Counted from the stretch's first letter, positions 39,990-53,669 are shown. The stretch is 64,000 nt of DNA from Octopus sinensis (GCF_006345805.1 NC_042997.1:116188001-116252000), one strand, 5' to 3'. Numbers and translations: made by a program. The notes: generated by a model not told the origin, from the letters alone.

Positions 39990-40312
39990 AACAACTTGTC
40001 CGACCATCCCATAGGCCTCCCCTTTGAGAAACACTGATTTAACCTAAATTTGAGACAAAGAAGAAATAAAGGTAGACTATTTTTCTATTCCAAGAAAAAC
40101 GATTTTATAAATGCACGTTCCCACGGCTTTATCGATCACATATCACATGGAATCGATTTTTGTAATTTTTTCAAGACTTATACACGCCCTGATACCGTCG
40201 GTATCAACATATCAAATTTGAGCGCAATCGGATGGAGGATGCCCGAGATCCTAGAAGACACACAGACAGACAGACAGACAGAACGGATTTTATATAATAG
40301 ATATACAGATAT
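39990..40312 (+). mobile_element. HINE-like 3' portion with (CAGA)n
   Basis: atcaaatttgagcgcaatcgg..cacagacagacagacagacagaacggattttatataatagat. Confidence 0.55.
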
Positions 40313-40842
40313 ATATAAGTGTGCCCCCCACCCACCGCTTTTATTTCCTCATAGCTTCCAGAAAAATAAATATTTTTCAATGAAATTTTCTTCAAATAGC
40401 CCTCAGATAAGGTAGATTTCATTTATATCTAAATTTAATATGAAAAGTAAAAATATATTGATGGGCTCTCATACATGCATATTGACATACATGTTGTGTG
40501 AACGCGCGCGCGCATGTGTATTTGTATTTTCCTAAAATCTACCTATGCCGTAATCGTGTTCTTTTTTTTGTTGCATAAGTCTAAGTAATTCGTTCTGCCA
40601 GGAAAACAAAGAAAGACAACTGCTGTGCTGGTGACGGAAATTGATGCAGAAACACGTATCTACAACTGTTTTACTTGTCTCCTGACAATCAGACTGTCTT
40701 TTCTTTTATAGCATGTCAGTTTTTGGCGAATTATTGATTATTAAGATTATCTTTTGGAGTCGGTCCCAACTGCCACCGTGTGTTTCTTCTAACTTTACTG
40801 GAAGCAAAGATAATTTCAATAAATCAAAACTATTTTTGAATG

Positions 40843-40910
<68 letters not shown>

Positions 40911-41934
40911 TGTGTGTGTGTCTGTGTGTGTCTATATATATATGTGCGTGTACGTATGTATGTCTATATAAATATGCTATATTTTCTACATTTTAATTTT
41001 TTTATTTCTTATTGATGTAAAATTTATTGATCTCCAAAAATTATGGGCAACATTTATGAAAGTATGAACGTCGCGAAAAATTAAATAATCATATATATAT
41101 AGTATATAAGTATGGGTATGTGTGTGTGTGCGTGTATGTCTGTTTGAGTGTGTGTTTTCTGTATATCTCACTATGTTCTTGTGTGTGTGTGTGTCTGTGT
41201 CTGTGTGTGTGTGCTTGTAGTTTGTGTGCGTCAAGAAAACAGCTGGAAAGAATCGGTATTAAAATTACTGGTGCCAACTTCCGTGATTTTGCATTGCAAA
41301 TGAGAGTTGAGCAAAGACACTTCTTTTTCCATGGTTCACGAACTGATGAGACAATCCGAAGTAAAATGTCATCTGGCTGCCTGCCAAAAGCAATTGGCAT
41401 CCGATAACCAAGATGTTGAATAATAACTCTTTAGGAATTACTGATATCTTGGATATATTCCATATATCTCAGATATATAACAACTCACAAGTTTATATGA
41501 GCCATCTAGTTCAGTTTTGACTTTCAAGAAGCTGGTTTGTCGATGTCCTTCCTAATATTGCTAAAGTTAAACGAAAATATATCATTTCAGTTTACGACGA
41601 TGAAACAAAATGTCGAGATAACCCAAAACGTGAGAAAAACATCACTTATGAAAGCAAAAGACATTATACGTATAATATATATAAAACATTTTATAATGGG
41701 ATATTTTAACAGAGAGATAATTCAACACAGAGGAAACCGTCATTGATTGGTATTAGAGAGCTTAGCATAAAAACCATGTCGACTGCATCGTAATCCTCGT
41801 GCAAAGTTTACACTAGGCTTTCAGAAGCAATTATCAAAGAAGGCAAAACAGCTTTGTATCGTTAAATTGCGGGAAGTTTTCCCTTGTATCAGCTGTTCGA
41901 GTAGTTTATCTTTTAATATATCGAGTTACGCGTG

Positions 41935-43335
41935 TAAGGTGGAGAGCTGGCAAAAACGTTAGCACGCCGGGCAAAATGCCTAGCGATATTTCCTCTATCT
42001 TTATGTACTGAGTTCAAATTCCATTAGATCGACTTTGCCTTTCCTTCTTTCAGGGTCGATAAATTAAGAACCATTTGTGTACTGGGGTCAGTCTAATCAA
42101 CTGGCTCCCTTCCCCAAAATTTCAGGCCTTGTGTCTAGAGTAGAAAACATTATTTTTTAAGATGGCGGCGAGCTGGCAGAATCGTTAGCACGCCAGGCGA
42201 AATGCTTTGCGGTATTTCGTCTGCCGCTACGTTCTGAGTTCAAATTCCGCCAAGGTCGACTTTGCCTTTCATCCTTTCGGGGTCGATATATTAAGTTACG
42301 CATTGGGGTCTATATAATCGACTTAATCCGTTTGTCTATCCTTTTTTGTCCTCTCTGTGTTTAGCCTCTTGTGAGTAGTAAAGAAATAGGTATTTCGTCC
42401 GCCGCTACGTGCTGATTTCAAATTCCGCCGAGGTTGACTTTGTCTTTCATCCTTTCGGGGTCGATAAATTAAGTACCAGTTACGCACTGGGGTCGATGTA
42501 ATCGACTTAATCCGTTTTTCTGTCCTTGTTTGTCCCCTCTGTGTTTAGCCCTTGTAGGTAGTAAAGAAATAGGTATTTCGTCAGTTTTTACGGTTTGAGT
42601 TCAAATTCCGCCGAGGTTGATCTGCCTTTCATCCTTTCGGGGTCGATAAAATAAGTACCAGTCGAGCACTGAAATTTATGTAATTGTCTTACGCCATCCC
42701 TCGAACGGGCTGTCCTGGAGCCAAAATTTGAAACCGATATATTGAGTTGTATTGTAATCGTTGGAGCAAAGAGTGGTACAGGATCGCATCAAACTATAAT
42801 CGAATGACGGTGCTTTATACCAGAAGACAAACTTAGAAGAATTAGAAATACATTATTACTAACCCTTTTACTCATTATCGACTACTGTCTTTCCTACAAA
42901 CTGGACTAACTGCAATAATGGTTTCAAATTTTGTCACAAGTGCAGCGGGTTTTTTTTTGGGGGGGGGTATGAGTCAATTACATCGACCCCGGTACTCAAC
43001 TTGTACTTATTTTATCGACTCTGGAAGGATGAAAGGCAAAGTCGACCTCGGCGGAATTGAACTTGGGACGTAGCGGTAGACGAAATATTGCTAAGCATTT
43101 CGCCCGGCGTGCTAACGATTCTTTTCTACTCTAGGCACAAGACCCTAAATTTTGGGGGAAGGGGGCAGTCGGTTAGATCGACCCCAGTATGCAACTGGTA
43201 CTTATTTTATCGGCTCCGAAAGGATGAAAGGTGAAGTCGACCTCGGCGGAATTTGAACTCAGATTGTAAAGACAGACGAAATACCGCTTAGTATTTCGCC
43301 CGGCATGCTAACGGTTCTGCTAACTCGTCGCCTTT
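41935..43335. mobile_element. Family-A SINE cluster: + monomer (41935-42150), + trimer (42158-42670), two - copies (42925-43335)
   Basis: At least six cores. Confidence 0.85.
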
Positions 43336-44157
43336 TGACTAAATGCATTAATGCTATCATTACGGGGCAGCAGCGTGTATAAATACAAGCTTTTTCACCG
43401 CTTCAAATATGCTTGGAGCATATTCGAACCTGTAAGAAAGCTATTCGCCGTGTTTTGTCATGGAGAAAATTTCCTGTTGTAGAGACAAACACCTTAAATC
43501 ACCTTAAATCAGCTCGCAGCCCCCAGACTGAAATGCAAGCATTTTAGTGTGCTCGTATCCTTTTCAGTCACTGAAATCGGACATGATGCGCTGTGAGCTG
43601 AGAAGAGATTGTCTCTCTTATGCTATTCCCATCGTCATACAATGACTAGTAGCGCTAATCGGCGGCTCATCGTAAACATTTTTACGAGGTGGTAGCGCTA
43701 AGCAGTGATGTCTATAAATACAAAGTTATTATCAGTCCAAATATGCTTGGAGTATCTTCTAATCCGTAAAAAAACCATTGTTTTGTCATGGAGAAACTTT
43801 TTTGTATAAACAGCCAGGGTGATGTTCGATTAAAATCCTTTGAAGAATATAAAATTGTGTTAAAAGTGTAACGCTCTCTAAACTGGTCTAATCCAGCTGC
43901 TGATGGTTTCCTGCGTGGTTGCACGACATGTTAGAAATAACGGCATAATCAGTTTCAAATTTGCAAACTGCAGTCTTAGAAAAGAAGAGAACGCTGGATG
44001 ATATGGGTGTATGGACAAGGTGCACTGTGCCTAGTAAAACTCACTACTGGAATATTTTTTCTCATAAGCCTGCTTGATCAGATCTAAGAGTTAAAAACTA
44101 CCAGAAACAATGGTAGCGAACAACAACAATAAAACAAATAAGTGTTTAATTCTACAA

Positions 44158-44536
44158 GAGTGGATGTGCAGTAAGTAGCTTGCTTACCAACCACATGGTT
44201 CCGGGTTAGTCCCACTGCGTGGCACCTTGGGCAAGTGTCTTCTACTATAGCCTCGGGCTGACAAAGCCTTGTGAGTGGATTTGGTAGGTGGAAACTGAAA
44301 GAAGCCCATTGTATATATACATATATGTGTGTGTGTCTATGTTTGTCCCCCCACCATCGCTTGACAACCGATGCTGGTGTGTTTATGTCCCCGTAACTTA
44401 GCAGTTCGGCAAAGAGACCGATAGAATAAGTACTAGACTTACAAAGAAGAAGTCCTGAGGTAGATTTGCTCGACTAAAGGCGGTACTCCAGCATGGCCAC
44501 AGTCAAATGACTGAAACAAGTAAAAGAGTAAAAGAG
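44158..44536 (+). mobile_element. Family-B SINE
   Basis: Consensus match. Confidence 0.88.
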
Positions 44537-45144
44537 AATTACATATTTATTACAGTTTCTAACATTCATGACAAGATCAGTGAGGCTGGTTGACCGGGGT
44601 TGACCTAAGGATAAACGTCATCACGACGACGACAACCACGATCACTAAAAACCACCACCACCACCAGCAGCTCAATAACGGCTAATCTAGAGTTAAAAAA
44701 CATTGACAACTGCAACAACAACAAAAACAACACAAACGTACATCAACAGCTTTAGACATTTATTAGAGTTTGTGATATTCAACAGCAATTAAATAGGAAC
44801 CTCATTAGTGGAATTTAAAGAGGGGAAGGTTATGTCAGGTTGTTCCCTGCCAGAAGTGATAAACGACCCGAGACCAAAGAAGGGAGATAATTACGAATAG
44901 GCTGATTCTAATCCTCATTATTTTCTAGAAACTAAGGAACAAATGCTTTGCGACTTTTCTTTCGGCTTTTCGTTCTGTGTTCAATCCTGCCCAGGCTATT
45001 TTGCCTTTCATTTATTCGGGGACAATAAATTTAGTTTACATTTATTCTTTGAGGAGTCAAAATTTTCGTCGCACCACTGCGGCCTAGTCACTGATAGAGT
45101 TCCACGGTTTTTGGCGATCGTGGAATAATTTATTTCGATATTTC

Positions 45145-46085
45145 TTATTGTGCTAGGTACTTTTAAACTACAGTTAAAAGAGCTTAATTTTGAAGTTAGG
45201 TGCTAAATTCTTAGAACCGGTTGGTTTAATCTAGGTGCTAGTTAAAGTGGTTAGCTGCCTTAATTTAAGAGCTAATTCAAAAATAACTGTCTTAATTTAA
45301 GTGCTAAGTAAAAAAATAGATATATTAATTTAAACGCTAATCAAATAATTTATTTATTTATGCCCCCTTTTCAAGCTTAGCCAGGTTCATGGGCCCGGTT
45401 CCTCCCAGCTGGACGGGACGCCAGTCCATCGCAGCGTTATTCAAGAAACAGGAAGAGAGAAAGTGAGAGAAAGTTGGGGCGAAAGAGTACAACAGGGGTC
45501 ACCACCACCCCTTGCCGGAGCCTCGTGGAGCTTTAGATATTTTCGCTCAATAAACACACACGGGTCTGGGAATTGAAACCGCGATCCTCCGACCGCGAGT
45601 TCGCTGCTCTAACCACTGGGCCATTGCGCCTCAATCAAATAATGGCAATCTTAAATTTAAGTGCTACTTAAAAAATAATTTTAATTCAAATTCTAATTTT
45701 AAAAATGAAGACTTATTTTAGATACTAATTAAAAAAATAAATATTTTATTTTAGGTACTAATTAAAAAGAAAATATATGTCTGAATTTAGTGCTAATTTT
45801 TAAAAATGTACAGCCATAAATGAGGTAATAATTAAAAAAATAAACAACCTTAAATTAAATAATAATTCAAAAAACGATAACTGCTTTAATTTCATTGCTA
45901 ATTTTTGTTAACGCCTTAGATTTAGGAGCCACTTAAAAAAAAGTTATTTTTATTAATAATTTGGGCGCAAATTTTTTTTAATAGCTACCTTAAATTTGGT
46001 TCTAATTTTTAAAAAAATAGCTGATTTCATTAATATTATTAGACGCTAATTTAAAAATAAATTGCTGCCTTAATTTCGGCACTAA
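45145..46085. repeat. Degenerate AT-rich minisatellite (~33-bp unit, ccttaatttaggtgctaattaaaaaa-like)
   Basis: Motif ttaattt(a/g)(a/g)gtgctaa recurs at about 30-40 bp spacing; interrupted by a SINE. Confidence 0.65.
45350..45632 (-). mobile_element. Family-D tRNA-derived SINE (OR1-like from memory) with TSD
   Basis: Head gaggcgcaatggcccagtggttagagcagc; 11-bp TSD aatcaaataat at 45339-45349 and 45633-45643; second copy on + at 49726-49910. Confidence 0.8.
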
Positions 46086-46481
46086 TGTTTCTTTTGTTAG
46101 AAAAGATGCTTTATTCGAAATGACGTAGCGAAGGAAATGTTGATTCAGTGCCAGAAGCTGAAGTGACGGAAATCTGATGAGTTCTCAATCAATTCAAAAG
46201 ATACTGGTCTCTATATTCAGATTACTGTTCTTTCTTTAATGCATCCAAAATGTGGCAGTAGATAAAACTGTACTTTGACTACAACGTGGTCCATTATGTG
46301 TTTCGTTGATAAACACCGAGAAGATAGTGTCAGCGTTGATTAGGAATAATTACTGCATAAAAGAAAAATATTTTCTGATAAGGAAGACATGAAGAGTGAT
46401 TGAGAAGAGTAAAGGAGCGGAAGAAGACTAAGACTTCACGACAATAACGAACACGAAGTGATTGCTAGTCATACACATGCT

Positions 46482-46512
<31 letters not shown>

Positions 46513-46789
46513 ATGTGTGTGCGTGTGTGTATGTGTGTGTGTGTGTGTATGTGTGTGTGTGTGTGTGTGTGTGTTGGTTGTAACGATCCAGTATAATCAA
46601 GGCAGACGAACGTGTAGGACGCCGGAATGGCTAGGCATTATAACATAAAGCCCACAGACAGATAAACAACATTGAACACATCAAGTATTAGGATATTGAA
46701 AGATATGCAGGTAACAAATCCCATTTAAATCATAGATCCGACTCTAGGGCTGATCCTTGGTGTGGCGTAAGTAAAAAAAAGTGAACACA

Positions 46790-47110
46790 TTTGAGCTTAT
46801 ATCACAACACAAAAACACTGCAGCACATTTTCTTTTCCTCAACAGGCCCTGTACTATTTAACATTGTCCCAAAACAGATCAAAGAGGAAAAGGATCCCAT
46901 TACCTTTAAACGGAATCTGGGCAACTTTCTTCAAGGAATACCAGATAAGCCACCTATACATGGATACAACTCACTCAGCTAGAACTCCCTACTCGAATGG
47001 AACATGATACCACAAAACTTGACTTAAAAAGGATTTGGATAATCCTATCAAGTGGTGCTATTAAGTTAGACATGGCCAGGACCAATCTTTGGTCGAAAAA
47101 TATCTAAGTT
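46790..47110 (+). mobile_element. CR1/L2-like LINE 3' end
   Basis: STGPVLFNIVPKQIKEEKDPITFKRNLGNFLQGIPDKPPIHGYN. Confidence 0.75.
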
Positions 47111-47904
47111 TATCTATAATAATAAATGGCAAGTTTGTGCGTCTGTGAGTGTGTTACTTTACCTCCTCCGAGACTATCCAACAGGCCTTGATGAAACTTG
47201 ACACATCTGTGGGGCCTATGCGCATGAGGTCACTTACGCACTTGGAATTCTTTTAAAAAAATCGATTTTTTCGTCAAATTTCGGCATTTTTTGTCAAATT
47301 GATGTCACGATGGCTAGTGCGAAAAATGCCGAAATTCTACGATATTTGAAAAAATCGATACTGAAATTTATTAGCGCAATAATCACTTTTCTCTCCCCCT
47401 CTCCCCCACTCTTTCTGTCTCTCCACCCGTCATTTCTTCAGGCAGCGGAGATGGACTTCCATGTTAAAGTCGGAAGTTCATGAGGTTTTTTTTTTGGTGG
47501 TGGTTGAGTGGCTGGTGGTGAAAATGCAGTAGTGAGGTCTTATAGCCATCTGCTGGTTTATTTATAGCTTATTTTTGCAAGTCCTCTCCTTTCCCGTGCT
47601 TACTCTTGAAACACAGGGCACTCGATTCATGAGCATCAGGGTCTGTCTACACACTTGTGACACATGATGACCCCTATCCTATGTGAGGCTAGGAGCTTGT
47701 CCTCCTCTGAATCTTATACACCTTAGACGCAGTACCAAATTCTGCTATCTGACCCACAACTAGCGCTTGAGAAGTGCTCTCAACAGAGGGGTAGTGGTGA
47801 CTAAGCGGTAACTCCATACTCCCTAAAACTTCTCAACCCTCGATCTGGTGCATCACCTTCAGATACAGTTAAATAGTTTGTCCAGGACAAGTGAAATAAG
47901 GATT

Positions 47905-48299
47905 TCAAATTCTGGCGCAAGGCCAGCAACCTCTGGGGAGGGGGTAAATCGATTACGTGGACCCCAATACTCAACTGGTACTTATATTACCGACTCCGAA
48001 AGGATCAAGGGCAAAGTCGACCTCGGTGGAATTTGAACTCAGAACATGAAGACAGACGAAATGCCTATTTCTTTATTGCCCACAAGGGGTTAAACACAGA
48101 GAGGACAAACAAGGACAGACAAACGGATTAAGTCGATTATATCGACCCCAGTGCGTAACTGGTACTTAATTTATCGACCCCGAAAGGATGAAAGGCTAAG
48201 TCGACCTCGGCGGAATTTGAACTCAGAACGTAGTGACAGACGAAATACCGCTAAGCATTTCGCCCGGCGTGCTAGCGATTCTGCCAACTCGCCGCCTTT
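47905..48299 (-). mobile_element. Family-A SINE dimer
   Basis: Head-core-tail1-core-tail2 on the - strand. Confidence 0.85.
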
Positions 48300-49252
48300 A
48301 GAACAAGTGAGATTAATGCCAAAATTATTTTGAAAACTGACTATAAGGAAAAAAAATCCTCTTTGCGAAAACGCAGGAATCATTTTGTAAAAAAAAAAAA
48401 AAATCAAAGGATTTTTATCGATTTATTTTTTCGATCCAGAATAACACTCACTCTTGCTTAATTCATCTCGGAGCAGAATGGAGGAAACAAAGGACGACTG
48501 CAGCACAATTTATCGTAATATTGAGACGAAGCTAAATACGGCGATGCATTTTCTCTGCTCTATCTGTCCGCACTCACAAAATCTCCCCCACGCTAAGGAC
48601 TTGGCTATATTATCAATGTTTTCCAATAAAATGTTTTATGAAAATATCATTGAATACCAATTCCAAATTAATCGACTGATTCTTTCTGAATCTATTTTGT
48701 TTTCACCCTTAACTCCGGCAATTTTTTTCCTTTATCGATTTCATGCAACAGGGAGCCGATATAACGTTATGGAGAGCAATTTAGATTTGTACAACACGAG
48801 ATTGAACACTAAATTGTGTTTATCCGAGAAACATGAAGGAGAAACATGAAGATATAGGTGGCAACATTTCTCGTTAGCTTTCGTCCTGTATTCTAAAACA
48901 AGGAGTATCATAATGGAACGAGAAAGAAAGAAGGAGAGAGAGAGAGAGAGAGAGTGAGTGAGAGAGAGAGATAAAGAGAGAGTGAACGACAGACAGACAG
49001 ATAGACAAAAAGAAAGAAAAAAGAAGAAAGAGGGTGGGGGTGAGGGTGAGGGTGAGAGAGAAACAAATGAAATAATTTATCTGTTTCTCTTTTTCCTGAT
49101 TTTATTTATTTTATTTATTTATTTCTTATCTTTCCGGATAAATTTTTTTTATGAATCTTTCAGTGAGAATTCTAGAAATAGGAATTGTTCCGCAAATAAT
49201 TTTAACTAGCGGGCAACTGTACAGATTCCACACATTTGCAATCAATACTGAG

Positions 49253-49315
<63 letters not shown>

Positions 49316-49331
49316 GTTCTTCTTCTTCTTC

Positions 49332-49389
<58 letters not shown>

Positions 49390-50245
49390 TGCCGCGCAGT
49401 CGAACATGTTTTAGCAGCTCCGTAAGTCTGTTTCTTGTTATCCGCCCCAGAGGTTTGTATTTGTTTCTTTTGTATCTTGTTCGACCGATTAAAACTGTAA
49501 GGCATCGATCGCTTTCCTTTTGCTGTTCGTACCACTGGGCAAAATTTTGAAAAAGAGAAAATTATTTCAAAAACAGAATGTCTTAGATGGCCTCCACGCT
49601 TTCGTCTTTACCAACTGGCCAGTATAAAAGGAAAGTGGGAAGTGAAACTAGAAGCGAAACTGCCATTCACAGCTAAAACATCCCATTACAGAGCAACGTC
49701 AACAACAACGATAGCAACAGCTGTGGAGGCGCAATGCCCCAGTGGTTAGGGCAGCGGACTCGTGGTCGTAAGAACGCGGTTTCGATTCCCAGACCGGGCA
49801 GAGTGTTTATTGAGCAAATACCCCTAAGCTTCTCGAGGCTCCGGTGGGGGAAGGTGGTGAACCCCGCTGTACTCTTTCACTCACTCTTTCTTCCTACTTC
49901 TGCCACAAAGCAGAGGAACCATGGTGTAACCCTCTATGGTGTGGTAAACTTTCAGACCCTAGTCTAGATTGCGAATCCTCTGTATCCCAGGATGGTTCAG
50001 CTCTCCACCCATCAAAAAGCCACCGTATACGGAATGAGGATAACAACGTAGCTTTCGCGCCCGTGCAACTGCCAGTCTATCGCGTGTGGTGGGTGGATCT
50101 TCAAGTTGCCGCACGCATTCCTAGTAGCTTAGAGTAGGCTCGAATTAGAGCTAGTGGCGTGAGTCCTGATTGGAAGAAGAAGAAAACAGCAACGATGATG
50201 TCTCAGATAATATAGCATAGATAATGAAGCTGTTGCCATCACGAA

Positions 50246-50331
<86 letters not shown>

Positions 50332-50779
50332 TAACGGGTGGAAAGGGGAAATCATTCCCCACTGTGGTTGCAGTAATGAAGCCAGTGCCGCCACACTAGT
50401 AATAAGCGGTGGCAGTAATGACGATAATAGTAGCAACAACGTCGGTAGAAGCTGGACAAAGGAGGTTCCTTTGTTGGTGCTGCAAATGCGTTTGATTCAC
50501 TCTCATTGGACAAAAAATATCAGTACAAGCAACGAAATGCATAAACTAGTGTAGTAGAAAAACAACACTCTCGATAGTTCCGCAGCTTATGGAGCAAAAA
50601 GAACAACGATGCCCTGATGTGTATCTCTGAAAATTTAGAGGCTGCGAGAAATAGAAGAAAATCGGAAAGGAAATTGTGTTGGAGATCCTAATTTAAATGA
50701 AACGTGGAGCCATGGGCAGAGTCCCCGATCTTATAGAGATATGAGGAGGTCAGCGACTGCAAGTATTAGTGGATGGTGT

Positions 50780-51412
50780 AGGTGGCCTAGATGCTGCAGT
50801 TGTGACAGCACTGATCACCTTAAGGCCTTCTACTCCCAATTACAGAAAGTGACTGCTGAAAAGTTTCCACTACGGCCAATACCACAGCATCAACAACACA
50901 AATAACAGCAACAATTACAAAACCAACACCATTGACTGTGTGCAGCTGCAGCAACAGTGGCTCTAGCCTCAATTGCAAGAATAAAAGCAGTACCTACAAC
51001 AACAACGTTGCGAAAAGGCGACAACAGCCTCGGAAATACAGGAAGTGGCAAGCTACACGGGGTGCAAATCTCTCGCTTTGGATAGTTTACCCTACGAGCT
51101 TTATCTTCAGAAGCTAGACTTGTTTTGCGATCGCTTGATAGATATCGATCACAATTGGAAGCAGAACAAGAGAATCACCAATTCTGTGAGTCGAGGAAGA
51201 GTTGTGCTCAAACAAAAGAGACCACGTCAATAATTTTTTGTGCCTAAGTCTTTTAAACACAGATTTCAAGATTTTGGCCAGATTTACAGCTATGCATCAA
51301 GTGAGAACCCAGACAGCAATTGATATCTGGAACGTCGTGAAGAATACACAGCTCTCTGGCAGTCGAGTAATGTGGACGATGGAAATTCCATGTTGGCGTT
51401 CTATCGAGGATT
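50780..51412 (+). pseudogene. Tx1/L1-like retrotransposon relic (ORF1 knuckle + RT N-terminus)
   Basis: RCCSCDSTDHLKAF (CCHC-like); KSLALDSLPYELY..DLF..NWKQNKRI..SRGRVVL; SLLNTDFKILA. Confidence 0.7.
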
Positions 51413-53510
51413 GGTGCTAAGACAATTCGTCTCTGGTTGTTTCGTCGTTGGTTAAATTGTCCCCGGTCAATTCGTCGTTGATCAATTCCTCCCCAGGTCA
51501 ATTCGTCGCCGGGCAATTCGCCCCAATATACTCTTAAGTAAGTTTAGAACAATCACTTAAGAATTAAAATTGTCGTTGGACAGTTTTAGATATTTTTCCT
51601 TTCTTTAACCACCTCATCTCTCTCTTTCCCTCTCTTAAGTATCTGCGCTAAACAGTTTACGAGCAAAGATTTTCAAGCAAATCGAATTATGTGCGTGTGT
51701 GTTCGTGATGGCAGCGGCTTCATTGTTAGTCTATGCTACTCTATTTGACACACGATCATTTCTTCTTCTTCTTCTTCTTCTTCTTCTTCTTCTTCTTCTT
51801 CTTCTTCTTCTTCTTCTTCTTCGTCTTCTTCTACTTCTTCTCCCAATCAGGACTCACGCCATTAGCCACAAAGAATAATCGTTATTCAATACGCCTACCC
51901 ATCAACATGACTACCTGCAAGATCATAACTTCAGGGAAAGGAAAAACTGAAAGTGGTCGATCAAGAAAATTATATATACACAAAAAACAAGAAGAATTTA
52001 GATGGATTGAAGATATACTGGAGGTGCGAAAATCGTGTGTGCAAGGCGGAACTTCAAACAGATGAAAATTATAAAAAGCTTAAGAAGATTGAGATCCATA
52101 ATCACGCTTCAGCTGCTGCGGAGGTAAATGCAAGAATAATAGTTTCAAATATTAAAGTAAAGTTTATTTCATCCCTGATGCCCCACGCTCGGTTATCGCT
52201 TGTGAAGTTCAGAATTTAAACGACTGTACATTGTCACAAATACTTCCGTTTGCACAGCTTAATAGGAACATTAGACGTCGGAGGCAAGCTGATTCTAGCT
52301 ATCCTGCCACCCCACTTACAAATGTTGGATTTTCCATTCCAAGTGAATACTCCTACAATGATGAAATGATTTGACAGTATGCCAGCGGGGCGGATGATTC
52401 AAAACGAATACTAATATTTGCAAATGACGAAGCACTTGGACAGATAAAACAGCCCAAGAACTGGGCGGCAGATGGAACAGTTAAGTGCTGCTCTAGTATA
52501 TTTTTTCAGTTAGATATTCTTCACATTCAAATTGATAATTTTAATGCCCCACGATTGTTCATATTGCTCCCTGACAAAAGTCAAGACACATATAGATGAC
52601 TTTTTGCCAAAATAAATGAATTCCTGCAGAATGAGGGACCTTATAATATAATTAGGGATTTCGAAAAAGTAGCCCATAACGGACTTTTGGAATCGTTTCC
52701 TGGGTCGAGTTTGGTTTGCTGCTTCTTTCATTTAGGACAAAATGTGTATAAACATGTTGTGCAAGAAGAGCTAAAATGCAGATATCACGAAGATGAGAGT
52801 TTTGGTCTAAAAATGCGTTGTTTTGTTGCCCTTGCCTTCCTACTGGTTGATGATGTTGTAGATGGATATGAACAACTTGTAGATGATGAGGATATTTCAC
52901 AGTAAATTTTTATCCTATTTTGAAAATAATTAAATAATTATATAGGACCACCTAGAGAAAGAGGATGGAGGAGGCGACGCCTTGAACCGCCATTTCCATA
53001 ACCTATATGGAATGTTTGGGATCGATGTATGGCGGGGGTTGTTCGTACTAGAAATAGTTTAGAACCCTACTACAGCGGGCTGAAAAACGCTGTGAATATT
53101 AGTCATCCAAATATTCGGAAATTTATTGATGTGATTAAAAGTGAGGAAGGGTTTGCCAGTACCAAATCGCAGAAGTTTATGTAATGAGAAGAAAGAAAAA
53201 ATACAAAGATATGAATCTGCGTATAAAAAATGTCCTGGAAAAATATGATTCAAGCCAAAAAATTATTTTTCTAAAAGCACACAATCTTAAATTAAAAAAA
53301 ATATTAATATGTAATACAGCAAACGTTTTTTTATTCAGATATTTGCTCTTCCATTTTGCCTATGATCTCGATGAATTGACTGGCAACAAATTGACCTGGG
53401 GGACAAATTGACCTGGGGACAAATTGACCTGGGGACAAATTGACCAACGACGAATTGACTGGGGAAAATTAAACGACGACAAATTGCCGTCGACGAATTG
53501 ACCGGGCACC
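51413..53510 (+). mobile_element. Mutator-like (MULE) DNA transposon, complete ends, decayed transposase
   Basis: Exact 8-bp TSD cgaggatt (51405-51412, 53511-53518); termini ggtgc../..gcacc with repeated ggtcaattcgtc subterminal motifs. Confidence 0.88.
51898..53300 (+). pseudogene. MULE transposase pseudogene (FLYWCH-type zinc finger + DDE domain)
   Basis: IYWRCENRVCKAELQT..HNH; WAADGT; LLPDKS; DFE; CFFHLGQN; multiple stops and frameshifts. Confidence 0.85.
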
Positions 53511-53666
53511 CGAGGATTAGCGATGGGCAGAACCGACAAGACACTGGCTAAAGACAGTGTATACACATGTCTACACAAGTCTATAACACCTATGAAGTTT
53601 TAAATACGATTATGAGACAGTGCACTTAGGTGGGTTACCTATTCAAGTTTTCTTTTGTATGCGGTC

Positions 53667-53669
<3 letters not shown>

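Noticed and set aside
48454-48849. 131-aa ORF in non-repetitive sequence
   Set aside because: TTG start, no recognisable motif or splice context; compatible with chance.
49620-49632. TATA-like gtataaaag
   Set aside because: No supported downstream gene; surrounded by SINE and Tx1 relics.
53383-53500. Regularly spaced ~16-bp repeats that could suggest a CRISPR array
   Set aside because: No unique spacers; they are MULE subterminal repeats in a eukaryotic context.
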